Notes under the pieces: generated by a model | What the model saw: only the letters and a program-made list of their open reading frames with translations | The model's database searches: none | Told to the model about the DNA's origin: nothing | Translations under genes and position numbers: made by a program | Part shown: positions 11,404 through 23,246 of the stretch, in pieces | How positions within the stretch are numbered: position 1 is the first letter of the stretch | How the letters are laid out: every line of letters starts with the position of its first letter | NCBI GenBank assembly: GCA_965197925.1 | Contig: CBDAOC010000020.1 | Location: 512,001-576,000, forward strand | Reading direction: 5' to 3' | DNA length: 64,000 nucleotides | Source: Nitrososphaerales archaeon | Lineage (GTDB): Archaea; Thermoproteota; Nitrososphaeria; Nitrososphaerales; UBA213

Positions 11404-11790
11404 AACAGAAATAATCATAATCTTGTATGGTGGTGCAAATCAATTGTTATTACATGATGAATCCAATAGAACATACTTTAATCTCTACACATTCATTTAA
11501 TTGTTGTATCAATGTATCTAATAATTTATAGTTGGGTTTCTCCACCTCCGTGACCAGAAGGAATGAGTGCCTTTTCAAAGAATGAAAAGTAAAAACTATA
11601 AATCTTATTGTTTTTCAATCCTAATACTGAACTCCGCTCTATAACGATTTAGGGAACCAATCCCCTACTACCTTCCTCCCACTAGATCTTCAACCAATAT
11701 ATTCAATTGCATTTCTGGGGCAATTTGGTTTGAAAAGATATCATAATGGTTAAAGATACAGGTAGTCAATTTTAGTATGAAAGACAATTC

Positions 11791-12308
11791 TCAAGGATTA
11801 GTAATCTTCACCAATATAGTATTATCAGTAATCGCCGTTTCTATTTTGGCTCCCAATGACTTGTAAACATTTTTGGAGAGTTCGGACAAAAACAGAGACC
11901 ACTTTATACCCATATCATGCTGGACCACAATTTTATACTCATCGTCTCGTACATTCATTGTATACGGAAAACCCGCAGCTCTTATCCAGGACTCATATAC
12001 CTCAATGGCTTTTTGGACAGTGAATTCAGCCCTAAGGAGCAATATAGTTTCTTTAGGGACGCTTATACTCTCTTTGGCAAATTTAATGACTTCATCATCA
12101 TCAAGCCTATTCATTAAGGAAGTTATCAGGCCTTTAGCGATAGGGACCTGTCCAGCTTTTGCCGCATCGGCATGCCAGTCTAGTGTTCTTGGAGTATTTG
12201 GCTTACTAGGGTGTTTAAGCTCATATGCTTTCTCTTTGATTCATCACTTAAACCACGAAAAGTGTTGTTTCCTATCCTGAATGTTATACTTCTATTCTCA
12301 CTTTTCAT
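11791..12308 (-). pseudogene. Putative RHH-type transcription regulator, frameshifted; paralog of 14629-15180
   Basis: MKSENRSITFRIG...SLNTLVSQILQEH, then a 1-bp shift near 12182 to DWHADAAKAG...QHDMGIKWS. Confidence 0.7.
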
Positions 12309-12320
12309 ATTTCACTCCCA

Positions 12321-12456
12321 TTGATCAACGAATTTTTTCTCAAATATTCAATCAATTACCAATTGATTAAGTAATCTTGTTCAATAATAATCCTACACTT
12401 TAGTGAATTCAGAAAAACTTGAAAGGTTACTTTAATTGTTAAACAAATTGGATCAA
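12321..12456. promoter_or_regulatory. Cluster of TTGATCAA-like palindromic boxes upstream of the RHH-type gene
   Basis: TTGATCAA 12321, TTGATTAA 12363, TTGTTCAA 12377, TTGTTAAA 12436, TGGATCAA 12449. Confidence 0.35.
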
Positions 12457-12680
12457 CTTTTTTGTTAGATATTTTATCTTATTATCTAGTACAAAAATCA
12501 GACACCGGAACAAGTTACGGAAGAGATCGAAAATGGTTCTTCAGGTATGAACTCAGACTCTAGAATTCAATACTAATCATGGTGTGGTTAGGCACTGCTA
12601 TAATTTGGTGACTGGTTTATATATTATATTTGTCGAATGAAGATGTATGAAAGATTCAAGACGACACAATTATCAAAAAA

Positions 12681-13091
12681 ATGGATGTGTTAGTAGTCGT
12701 CATTCAACTATTAGGAGGTTCCAATAATTTGGAGAGTAGTTACATGAAACGAACAGATAGTAACCCGTTACATATGGAATTTGAGTTTCTACCAACTTTA
12801 GTTAAGACGGGAACATGGGAAGCATGGACATGGAATCAGTTGGGTCAGGAAATAAAGAGCCGGAGCCGTGATTCACTTTTAAAAGCTATAAACAGCGTAG
12901 ATGGTTACCTTGTAAGTCGTTTATTAGGTTTTGATAGTGTCTATATCTCTGCTATAGATAATGTATTATCGGATTTAAATGAGGCAACAGGACCAGTATC
13001 CATTAGAGACTATAGGACCCAAGAAGTGTTAATTACTTTACTGCAATATGTGGATGCACCAATGGACGATGTGAGAATAAATGATGAGTGA
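12681..13091 (+). CDS. Hypothetical protein, possibly a remnant
   Basis: 136-aa ORF, no recognised motif. Confidence 0.35.
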   Translation: MDVLVVVIQLLGGSNNLESSYMKRTDSNPLHMEFEFLPTLVKTGTWEAWTWNQLGQEIKSRSRDSLLKAINSVDGYLVSRLLGFDSVYISAIDNVLSDLNEATGPVSIRDYRTQEVLITLLQYVDAPMDDVRINDE

Positions 13092-13095
13092 GATT

Positions 13096-13325
13096 ATGGG
13101 AGGGCAGAAAAAAGGATTGTTTGATCCGTTTTTAGTTATTTGGAGGTATTGAGAGGAGGTCCATGTACTAAAATTACCTTGGTTGGGAAATTTAATTCGG
13201 ACAAAAGCTTAACGGAGTATATGAGGATGACTCAGACATTAAATCTCATTGCCTTTGATTCTAAAGTTTATAGGATAACTGGTAAAGGTTTGGATTTTCT
13301 AGAAGAATATGGAAAGTTAAAGTGA
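13096..13325 (+). pseudogene. Small archaeal winged-helix regulator (HTH_45-like), 5' end probably frameshifted
   Basis: ...YRITGKGLDFLEEY wing/helix motif; upstream ATG 13096 is out of frame with ORF 13140-13325. Confidence 0.55.
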
Positions 13326-13541
13326 ACATATTGGACGCAGGTGCTTCGTAATGAATTCAAAAATGTAAGGAAGTGTAAAGGACCAAATTTTACGTTAGAA
13401 TGCATAGAATTTATTGACAGGATAAGAATCGCCCCTAATTTTGAACCCTTAGACTAGATTCTACATACATAAAAGTTCAACCGTGGAATTTTGTATCATT
13501 CTGAAAGTATTTTCTTGTTTGCACGATATAATTTAATGCAT

Positions 13542-14450
13542 TTAGTGAACAGGTCTTTTAAGCTCAATTTCCGCTCCGAGTGATAGGAATGAATTGCTTT
13601 TGAACAACTTTTCCAATACTTCCACTGTATCTACAAATGACTTTTTCTTTGGTGTGATAACCTTAGTACCATTCTCCTTGATTGTATAGTTTGCTCTACC
13701 TCCAACAATTATCGGTGTTGTAAATCTAGAGTTAATCTTTGCAACAAGCCTTTGAGTTGCCCTACGATTTTCGATTAGCGTTATTGATAAGAAAATCACG
13801 TCGGGTCTTATCTCTTCTATGGATCTGATTATCGAATCATTAGGTAACGAGGGTGAAAAGTGAAAAATCAAAAATCCTGTATCCCTTTTTCGACAAAACT
13901 GTTCCTAACATTCTGCATCCCAGATTATGTAATTCCCCAAAAGGTGTACAGATTAGCACCTTCTCCTTATCACCTCTTCTCTCTATACTATCTCCTATCG
14001 ACTTTATTAGTATGGTTGTAATATTGTTACATACTTGAGCTGTAGCAATATCAATTTCATTATTTGCTAAAAGCTCCCCCACTCTAACCATCGAGGGTGT
14101 TACAATTTTGTCGTAAAAGTAGGTCAATTTTTGAACGCCAAAATTCTTTTCATACATGCTAACTAGCCCATCAACGTTCCCAGATACCAAATGGTTAAGA
14201 AACTTTTCCCGTATTCTTATTAAGGTAATCTCATTTTCTGGTAAATATTCTGAATACTCTGTATACATGTATGAAGAAACATTTGGGTAATTCCGATACT
14301 CCTCTGGAACATCATCAATTTTTATATTAGATGCTCTCCCGAGGTATTTTATAGTCTCTTGCCTTGACGTCCTATTCTTCCCATCCCATACACTTCTTAC
14401 AAGATAAGCATACTTTATCCCTTGACCTTCTTCTTTCTAATGTAGACCAA
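13542..14450 (-). pseudogene. Cobalamin (B12)-binding domain protein, two frameshifts
   Basis: IVTPSMVRVGELLANNEIDIA, CTPFGELHNLG, PDVIFLS, IIVGG; N-terminal VYIRKKKVKG/YAYLVRSVWD segment upstream. Confidence 0.8.
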
Positions 14451-14628
14451 GCCCGTTCTATAATTTTTGATAAAATACATAAACAGTATGAATTTTATGC
14501 AATAGCAATCTAATAATAATTGAAAAATTACAATCTTAAGAGGAATGACTATGCACGAATTTTAATGCATTGCAATCATATATCTAAAAATAGAAAATCT
14601 ATTATTATATAACACTTAGCTCCCAATT

Positions 14629-15180
14629 ATGATTATGAGGAATGGTAATGGAAGCAAGGCCAATGAAAGTGTGACATTTCGGCTTGGGAAGGACATGCTG
14701 GAAGTAGTTCGCCTAGAAAGTCAGCAAAAACGGATAAACCTGAACACCTTGGCAGGTCAAGTATTTGACCAATATGTAGGTTGGCATATGAAGGCTGCTG
14801 AAGCAGGAATGGTATCCTTTCCTAAGGAACTTTTGACCTTGATTATGGATAAGTTGAAAGAAGAGGATGTGGTAAAGATCGCAAGATACATTGGCGACCA
14901 ACGATCTAAAGAGATAATAATGATGCTTAGACAGCAATTTGATCTGGGTTCCGTTGTTGATGTTCTAGAATTTTGGTTGAAAGCATCAGGCATTCCTTAT
15001 AATTTACAAACCAGTTCTAGTGAATATAGATATATGTTACAACACGATATGGGGAGAAACTGGTCTATTTGCATCAAAGAAGCCTGGAAGGTCATCTTTG
15101 AAAATGTGGGGGTGAAAAAATCTGAGTTCGAAATATCAGATAACTGAATTCTTGTCAAAATTGCTATTAATAAAGAGTAA
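14629..15180 (+). CDS. Putative RHH-type transcription regulator; TGA at 15145-15147 clips about 11 C-terminal residues
   Basis: SVTFRL...INLNTLAGQVF...WH...QHDMGRNWS; frame after TGA reads ILVKI, as in the paralog. Confidence 0.7.
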
Positions 15181-15386
15181 AATAAAGAGCAAGAATTCTC
15201 CATTTGTTGGCAAAATTCACCGTCATGAATAGAATAATCCAATTTTCTACTAAATAATAGTTTACCAATAATAGTTTACAACAAAAAAATTTGAAGGTTA
15301 TTTATAATATTTGAATAACAATTGAGTTAGTCACTAGACCTTGTAATACACAAATTTTATAAATAATAAAATCTCCTTGATGCTAA

Positions 15387-15468
15387 GGAGACGCATAGGT
15401 CAGTGCAGTTAAGTTGTTACCAGGCCCCCCCTGTCAGCAAGATTCGTTAACTGTACTGACCTGTCTCC
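15387..15468 (+). ncRNA. Candidate structured small RNA (long hairpin)
   Basis: GGAGAC/GTCTCC plus a 16-bp stem AGGTCAGTGCAGTTAA/TTAACTGTACTGACCT with one G-U; TATA-like TTTTATAAA about 28 nt upstream. Confidence 0.5.
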
Positions 15469-15806
15469 AATATTAAACAGGTTTTGTAATGGGGAAGTTT
15501 TGATAAAATGGAAATATATCTTCCTCTGGTTAAATGTACAATCGTGGAAGTTTCTGAGGAAGGTAGAAAGCATTTGTGGTCAATTCTAACTCGTGTTTGG
15601 CAATATAATTATCAGATCATTGAAAAAATAGAATTGAGTAGCTTCTCGAAATTAACGAGGAGAATAGACGTTTCATTATTTGTCAGGATATAGACTCCAT
15701 TACCCACTAAGAATTACAGACAAAGAACCTCTACTCTACTGGGATTAATGCTTTACAAAAAATATCTGAGCGCAATTTAAATAACGCTATATTATCGGGA
15801 CATTAG

Positions 15807-16823
15807 ATGAATCTACCTACTACAAGCAAGATACAATTCACATCTGATTTGCATATTTGCCGTATCTTGAATGGGATGTGGCAGGTGTCAGGTGCGCACG
15901 GACCCATTGATCCTGAAAAGGGAATAATAAACATGTTCAATTATCTAGATTCAGGATTTACGACTTGGGATCTTGCAGATATTTACGGACCAGCTGAAGA
16001 TTTTATTGGTGAATTCAAACGTCAACTGGGGTCATCTCCCTCTGCACAATCAAAATCTTGTATTCAGGCTTTTACAAAATGGGTTCCACAACCAATGAAG
16101 ATGACTCGGAAGCTGGTAGAAGAGAGTATCAAATCGTCTTTACGGCGAATGGATGTTGAAACCTTAGACTTGTTGCAGTTCCACTGGTGGGACTATAATG
16201 ATTCCAACTACCTTGACGCACTTGTCTATCTTTCGGAGTTGAGGGAAGAGGGAAAGATAAAGCATGTTGGCCTAACCAACTTCGATACGAAGCATCTAAA
16301 GCTCATAATTGACCACGGGATAGAGGTGGTTTCTAACCAGACACAGTTTTCATTGATTGACCGAAGGCCAGAAGTAAGTATGATTCAGTTTTGTAAACAG
16401 AAGAATGTCCAGCTTCTAGTATATGGAACACTTTGTGGCGGTCTGCTATCAGAGAAATTCTTGGGCCAACCTGAGCCTATAGGAGATGTATTGAACACTG
16501 CTAGCTTGCAAAAATATAAGCGGATGGTGGATCGATGGGGCGGCTGGGATTTGTTTCAAGAGCTACTTATGATACTGAAGCAGATAGCTAGCAAGCATGG
16601 AGTAAGTGTAGCCAACGTAGCGGTGCGTTATATTCTGGACCGGCCGATGGTGGCTGGGGTAATCATAGGCGCACGACTCGGTGTGAGTGATCATCGATTG
16701 GATAATGCACGTGTATTTGATTTCAAGCTTGACACGGATGATCATAGCTTGATTGAGACTATTCTCAACAAATCACATGATCTTTATAGCTTGATCGGAG
16801 ATTGTGGTGATGAATACAGATAA
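15807..16823 (+). CDS. Aldo/keto reductase
   Basis: GMWQ, DLADIYGPAE, LDLLQFHWWDY, GKIKHVGLTNF, YGTLCGGLLS. Confidence 0.93.
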   Translation: MNLPTTSKIQFTSDLHICRILNGMWQVSGAHGPIDPEKGIINMFNYLDSGFTTWDLADIYGPAEDFIGEFKRQLGSSPSAQSKSCIQAFTKWVPQPMKMTRKLVEESIKSSLRRMDVETLDLLQFHWWDYNDSNYLDALVYLSELREEGKIKHVGLTNFDTKHLKLIIDHGIEVVSNQTQFSLIDRRPEVSMIQFCKQKNVQLLVYGTLCGGLLSEKFLGQPEPIGDVLNTASLQKYKRMVDRWGGWDLFQELLMILKQIASKHGVSVANVAVRYILDRPMVAGVIIGARLGVSDHRLDNARVFDFKLDTDDHSLIETILNKSHDLYSLIGDCGDEYR

Positions 16824-17165
16824 TATTGAATTTCATTCCAGATTCACGATTGGAGTTAACAAGTTATAGTTAACAACAAAGAATCAAACAATTAAACTAT
16901 TAGTCTTCAAATTCTATGAAAGTTACTATTGTCTCAAGAGATGTATTGTTCCAAGAATTGCAGTTATATCATTATGTCCATTATCATAGCCTTCTCGTTT
17001 AGTAGACCCAAAATGCACCAATGATACATTGGAGTACTAACGTGTATGTAAGGTAAGTCATATTTCTCTTGACGAGATTGGGGTAAGAGAAGAACAATGA
17101 TCTTGACAGCACATCTAGACACCTTTGATATTAACACCTTTTATACTTCTCTAGACCATGATTGA

Positions 17166-18089
17166 ATGATGCACTTAAGAAAATTATTATCCATAACTAG
17201 ATTGTCTACAGTAATATTGATGATTCTTTCTATATCCCTATCTTTATCTCTCGGACAGGCATCCGCAAGAGACCCAGAAAAAGATAGAGGGGGAGAATTT
17301 AAAATTCCAGACCTGGGTACGTTATATGCAATTGATTTGAGTGGTGAGACCTCTATACCAACTAGGGAAACTAATCAACCAGTATCTGCACACATGTTGT
17401 TGGAAGTAAGCTCCGTTAAGACATCTGGGGTTCCGAACATTTCTCTAACTCTAATAGAAGGGTATGTAATAGTTGGTGGTGAAAAATCGCCATTATCACA
17501 TGGTACGTCATCGATCGCGCCGGTGAACAAACTAAATATGAGGCACTTTAGTGAAGTTGGCAGAAGTGTCCTAACTGTGTCCGCTGATCTATTAATGCCG
17601 CTACCCATATCAGAAGCCGATTCACCCGTAAAGCTGGCACCTGCTCTAACCAGCAGATCAGCTGAAATCCAAATCAATAACGAGATTTGGTATTTTAATT
17701 ATTTCAGTGGTGATCTACGCATTTCACCACCCGTTGTTGGTGAAGCAGTAGGTGTATCAGATACCGAAACTATAGATGCTCTTGGCGGTAGAATTCAGGA
17801 CTTTTTCGAGGGCAAGCAGATGTTGTTTCAATCTGTTTTATCCAATAATCTAGAGTCCCCACAGGACTTTGCCTATATAGTACAGATAACAGATTCTGAT
17901 GATTTGACCATACAGTTATCATGGATGCAGGGCACCTTAAATCCGGGACAATCAATAACTGTGGCGCAGTCATGGTTAGCCGAGGATAGAGGAATTTATG
18001 ATGTTCAGGTATTGGTCTGGGATAGTATGGCAAGTCCGACTCCTTTAACATCAGGGGTTGACACCTTGGAAATAGAGGTAACCAAGTAG
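17166..18089 (+). CDS. Secreted protein with C-terminal thaumarchaeal Ig-like domain
   Basis: Signal peptide; QDFAYIVQI...SW...GIYDVQVLVWDS..PTPL. Confidence 0.75.
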   Translation: MMHLRKLLSITRLSTVILMILSISLSLSLGQASARDPEKDRGGEFKIPDLGTLYAIDLSGETSIPTRETNQPVSAHMLLEVSSVKTSGVPNISLTLIEGYVIVGGEKSPLSHGTSSIAPVNKLNMRHFSEVGRSVLTVSADLLMPLPISEADSPVKLAPALTSRSAEIQINNEIWYFNYFSGDLRISPPVVGEAVGVSDTETIDALGGRIQDFFEGKQMLFQSVLSNNLESPQDFAYIVQITDSDDLTIQLSWMQGTLNPGQSITVAQSWLAEDRGIYDVQVLVWDSMASPTPLTSGVDTLEIEVTK

Positions 18090-18409
18090 AATAGCAAGCA
18101 AATAAGAAAGATGTATACCCACTCTCATGATAGAATTGTTTTTTATTCAATTCTAAATCGTTTGAAAGTGAAATAAATGGTAGAATTATTATCTATGACT
18201 AGAATCCGTAACACAAAATGGATTCAAGTCTAATCGAAATTGGCAATCAATTTCAATGGATGTAAGCTAGTTATTGTTCATGAATGAATGAGATCGTCGT
18301 TGATTAGGTTCATGGTCTGCCATGCTGATTTCATTCGTATTAAACATATTATATTTCTAAAGTGAATATGAAAATATGTCCATCTTTATTCCTGATAGTT
18401 GAGCTATTT

Positions 18410-18577
18410 AGGTCGTCTCAAAACCCTTTAACGGTTAATGAAATTTCTGCGATCGATATATTTGCCAGTACAGGGTTCCGGAGATCAACGATTCGTTATG
18501 AAGGATCATGGGAAACGTACATGGGATTTCCGCATCTAGCAGCATCCATAATGCATTGGAGAGTTTTGAGATGACTT
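18410..18577 (+). mobile_element. MITE / internally deleted IS5 derivative
   Basis: IRs AGGTCGTCTCAAAAC / GTTTTGAGATGACTT; retains transposase tail GFRRSTIRYE...HWRVLR* similar to 37079-37318. Confidence 0.75.
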
Positions 18578-18832
18578 CATTAATTGACTATGAATAAAAA
18601 TCAAAATTTGTTCTGAAGGAATATTTTTTGATACATATTGTCCTATATTTCTCCAATATGGTGGTCAAGATTCTCTGCGGGTAATATGAGTATATTGTTG
18701 CTTATCCCCATCCTAAATATTACAACAAAATAGTGTTGGCGCTTATTAAATTGGTTTATTCCTTTCCGCTCTTAATTGTGATTTCCCAGAAACTGTTTCT
18801 CGTACATGAACTTCTTTTTTCTAGCGGACAAC

Positions 18833-20451
18833 CTAAATCCAACCAACTTCACGAGTTATCTTTCTATTCCTATTACTAAATATTGGAATCATGAGAAACA
18901 AAGCAATAACTGTGGCAAATACGATCGATGTAATAGGAAATTCTGGGACTACAGTTGCTCCAAATATCTCAATGGCATCTGTATCATCTGGAGCGATGAA
19001 TCTAATTGTTGTTGAGGAGGCATTGGAGGATATTTCTTCGAAGCGGATTTGTGTCTTCTGGTCTCTAGTTGTTATTGTGTGAATACCATCTATAATCTTC
19101 TTCGGTATCGATAATTCCAGCTCGCCTCCTCCTCCAAGATCAAAATGGACCGACTCATTGGGTTTTATGACAAAACCAAATGGCCTTACGTCCTTTGCTT
19201 TGCCCAGTACAGAGTACGTATTCCCATCGATACTGGACGAAAGAGCAAACCTCGTAGGTTCTACCTGCAGAACTTCGACCATTGTTTCGTCCGAGGCACT
19301 AACAATACCATCATAAACTACTAAATGAAATATCAGTGTTGTAACTTCATCTACAATCGGTGTTGTAAAAGTCGGTGTGGGAGATGATGCATCACTCAAA
19401 GTGACATTTGTACCTGTTAACTGAATACATGAAAACGTTAGGATGCCATCATCAGGGTCTGAACTGGCTGTTCCGTTGAGAGTCACCGACACCATTTCAT
19501 TAACCGTATGATCTTTACCCGCATTAGCTATAGGCGAATGATTTGGAGTGACAGATTCAAATAGTTGGACACGACGATTTCTTGTATCAACTACAATAAT
19601 TTTGTCCGAACCATTAACCGTTATACCAGTAGGCGCTATAAATTGTCCATTGCCAGAACCTTGTGAGCCGAATGTGAGGAGGAAATTACCATTAGAATCA
19701 AACACAACAATGCGATGATTCCCTGAATCAGTAATGATAATGTTGTCTGAGCTGTCTACTTCAATATCGCTAGGCAACAGAAGTCCATTACCCTGTGGAG
19801 TAATAGGCCCAAACCTGATTAATTTACCAGTAGAATCGAATACCTGGATGCGATGGTTGAGTGTATCAGCTAAAATGATGTTGTCTGAGCTGTCTACTGC
19901 TACTCCCAACGGTAAATTAAACTCTCCATCAGCAGATCCTTTAGAACCAAATTTGAATAGGAAATTACCCTTGGAATCAAATACTTGGATTCGGTTATTT
20001 TCGCTATCAACAACAATAATGTTGTCCGATCTATCTACAGCCAGACCGGCCGTTTAAACTCTCCATTATTAGATCCCTCCGAACCAATCCTAAAGAGGAA
20101 CTTTCCAGTAGAATCGAATACCTGGATGCGATGATTTAATCCGTCAGAAACAATAATGTTACCTGAGCTGCCTACGTCGATTGGACGATTGAACAATCCA
20201 TTACCAGAGCCAATAGAGCCGAAGTTGAAGAGGAATTTACCAGTAGAATCGAATACCTGGATGCGATGATTGAAAGTATCAACAACAATAATGTTGTCCA
20301 TACTGTCGGTAGCTACGCCTATAGGTCGATTGAATTGACCATCGGCAGAACCTTCTGAGCCAAACTTTGTGATAAAGGCAGAAGATGCGTATACAAAATT
20401 TGCACTCAACAACACCAAAATTAAGGCCAACATACACACAATTTTCCGCAT
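18833..20451 (-). pseudogene. NHL-repeat beta-propeller surface protein with PKD-like domain and PEF-CTERM anchor, frameshifted near 20040
   Basis: Repeated NHRIQVFDSTGKFL units, PIANAG...SDPD, VPEFP + TM helix + basic tail. Confidence 0.85.
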
Positions 20452-20785
20452 AGAAGTTTGTCTATGGACTGATAATATATTATATCTTTCGTCATTTTTG
20501 TGTACACTTTTCCAAGCGATAAAAATTAGAAGGATGAGACCTTAGTTATTCCTGTTATTATAGAATATTATCCCGAAAAATACAAAAGCTTGTTGCTAAA
20601 GGAAGTAAGAAGAAGAATTACAGTTGTATTTAGAAACCATTAGTCTTTACTACATGATTATTCATATCTATCCCTTGAATTATTGAATTAGAATTTTCTC
20701 ACCATTCTCTGTATTGTAGTTTTTATGGTTATGGTTAACATCATTTTTTTATGAATAATTATTCTACATTAACTTCTAAATATCT

Positions 20786-21944
20786 GAGACTTGGGCATAA
20801 TTCAATTATAATATTATTTTGAAATTATTACTATTAGCTTCCCAACATATACTTCAATGCCCTTAATGGTCTTCCTGTCAAGTAGTTGTAGTAAACCATT
20901 ACCTGATACAACAATACTGATAACAACACTATACTCCTTACCTTATCAAATCCTCTAACTGGTAATGGTCTATATCAAATACATCCTTCATATGCTCTAT
21001 CAATGGCTCAACGCTTATGCTCTTCCGAGAATATACATGCTGTCCATATTCAGAGTTATAGAACTGCAGCAATGCCAGTCTATTATCTGTAGTATGCTTG
21101 TACCTTTCCAATGGGAATACTGGATGCCCTCTATACCTGCTGAAATCACATAACTTGTGATCATCATATCCTTCATCTCCTACAACATACATCACCATTC
21201 CTGTAGGCAATGAAGATGTGATGCTTTCATACATCATGTTATCAGTAATGTTAGCTGTTGTGAAATCAGCTGATAATGGAACTATCAACGAACCTGTGCT
21301 ACATGCTAGATGCAGTTTGTATCCGAATATCCATCCCTTGGTTCTGCTGTAGCCCCATCGAGCATCTGTATCTATACCAGAGCGTGGCACTTCATTCTTC
21401 TTCATGCTAGATTTGTGCCATACATGTCCCTTTGCTTTCAACAATGAACTGTCAACGGATATTATGGCTGGGTCTACCAACCCATCTTTTATGAAGAGCA
21501 TACCCATCCCAAGTTTGCCCTTTATCCAGGGCCTTATCCCGCAAGTCTACCAACCCATCTTTTATGAAGAGCATACCCATAACATCTATCCTTGATCTTA
21601 TGTCAATTGATACGGCCTTGAACCTTCTGTCGAATGTTCTTCTGTCTGGCAACCTATTAAGACCACATGCCTTCATTACCTTCCTGTTGTATGGCATGTC
21701 TATCAAAAAGTTTCATGCAAAGCATTGTTGCTTGGTATTCTTACCCATACTCTAACGATGAAGCATCTACCATAACTGTAGGAGAATAGTAGAATGGTCT
21801 ACCCCTTTTCCTATTAGGTTTTGACCAAGGAATCACGTCAATCAAAAATAATATACGAAGGAGTATCGAGTCTGAGCTAAACATATCAACAATGAAAAAT
21901 GGAACCTGATCTTATCGTTTCGAACTAAATTACGCCCAAGCCTC
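20786..21944 (-). mobile_element. IS982-like insertion sequence, copy C, diverged and multiply frameshifted
   Basis: TIRs GAGACTTGGGCATAATT / AATTACGCCCAAGCCTC; transposase fragments 20938-21507 and 21452-21706. Confidence 0.88.
21472..21580. repeat. 36-bp repeat / 37-bp insert / 36-bp repeat inside transposase (copy C)
   Basis: Repeats 21472-21507 and 21545-21580; same insert as copies A and B. Confidence 0.95.
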
Positions 21945-21980
21945 AAATAGATATGATTAATAAAACCACAAAAACGAAAT

Positions 21981-23051
21981 GTGAATATGGAAAATAGAAT
22001 GGAGAAAAAAGAAAACTCCTTCTCGGATACACTCTTGGCTATCCTTAATGATGGTGCTCTAGCATTGATGATTTCCATAGGACACAGAACTTATCTATTC
22101 GATATTATGGCTGAAATAGGTCCGTCCACAAGCGAGCAAATATCATCAGAATCAAATCTCAAGGAAAGGTATGTTCGCGAATGGCTAGGAGCTATGGTAA
22201 CCGGAAGAATTGTTGAATACGATCCAGATAATGGACAGTATAATCTTCCACCAGAACGTGCATCCTTCCTAACTCGTAAGTCTGCTCCTAATAATCTCGC
22301 AGTCTATATTCAATACATACCACTAGCAAATGTTGAGAACAGGATAGTTGAAAGTTTCAAGAGGGGTAGAGGTGTACCATATTCCTATTTCACCAGATTC
22401 CATGAGATCATGGAGGAAGAAAGTAGCCAGACTATCCTTCCAGCCTTGATAGATTCGATTATTCCACTAGTTTCTGGTTTGAAAGAACGACTTGATAAGG
22501 GTATAGACGCATTAGATATTGGATGTGGACGTGGACGAGCTCTGATACTCATGGCTCAGAACTTCCCCCGCAGTCATTTTGTAGGATATGATTTTTCAGA
22601 GGAGGCTATTTCATCTGCTAAATCAATTGCAGAAAAATTTAATCTGAGCAATGTCAGTTTTGAAGTTATAGATGTGTCCAATATTCAAACAACTCCGAAG
22701 TTCGACCTAATAACAGCTTTTGACGCTATACATGATCAGGTAAAACCTGATAAGGTGTTGAAAAACATAGCAAGTTTGCTGCGTCCGAAAGGGATCTTCT
22801 TGATGCAAGATATTGCTGCTTCTAGTAAGCTCCACAACAACATTGAGCATCCAATAGGTCCATTTCTTTACACGATCTCATGCATGCATTGCATGACTGT
22901 ATCCTTGGCTAATAATGGAGCTGGACTGGGAGCGGTATGGGGTAAGGAGAAGGCATTGGAAATGCTCAAGATTTCTGGGTTCACTAATGTGGAGGTAAAT
23001 CAGTTACCTCATGACTTTCAGAACTATTACTTCGTATCTAGGAAAAATTAA
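21981..23051 (+). CDS. Class I SAM-dependent methyltransferase with N-terminal wHTH (Rv2258c-like)
   Basis: ERYVREWL, LDIGCGRG, FDAIHDQ, YTISCMHCMTVSLA. Confidence 0.9.
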   Translation: MNMENRMEKKENSFSDTLLAILNDGALALMISIGHRTYLFDIMAEIGPSTSEQISSESNLKERYVREWLGAMVTGRIVEYDPDNGQYNLPPERASFLTRKSAPNNLAVYIQYIPLANVENRIVESFKRGRGVPYSYFTRFHEIMEEESSQTILPALIDSIIPLVSGLKERLDKGIDALDIGCGRGRALILMAQNFPRSHFVGYDFSEEAISSAKSIAEKFNLSNVSFEVIDVSNIQTTPKFDLITAFDAIHDQVKPDKVLKNIASLLRPKGIFLMQDIAASSKLHNNIEHPIGPFLYTISCMHCMTVSLANNGAGLGAVWGKEKALEMLKISGFTNVEVNQLPHDFQNYYFVSRKN

Positions 23052-23246
23052 AGACTGGATTTCGGAGAATGTTGTTATTAAAAACCTTTCATTTTGGTTA
23101 ATAACTCGAAGGAATGCTTTGTACGTCGATAAAAAGAATGTGATAGATGTAAAAGTGGCAGTAAGCTACTGGGGTGGATACATAACCCACTCCATTTTTT
23201 CGTCTTAAGTATCAATATTCAAAATAGATACAAAATATAAAGGGGA

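Noticed and set aside
15145..15147. Selenocysteine TGA with the 15387 hairpin as a 3' SECIS
   Set aside because: The paralog has Thr, not Cys, at this position, and I see no archaeal SECIS GAA/A motif. It cannot be fully excluded by eye.
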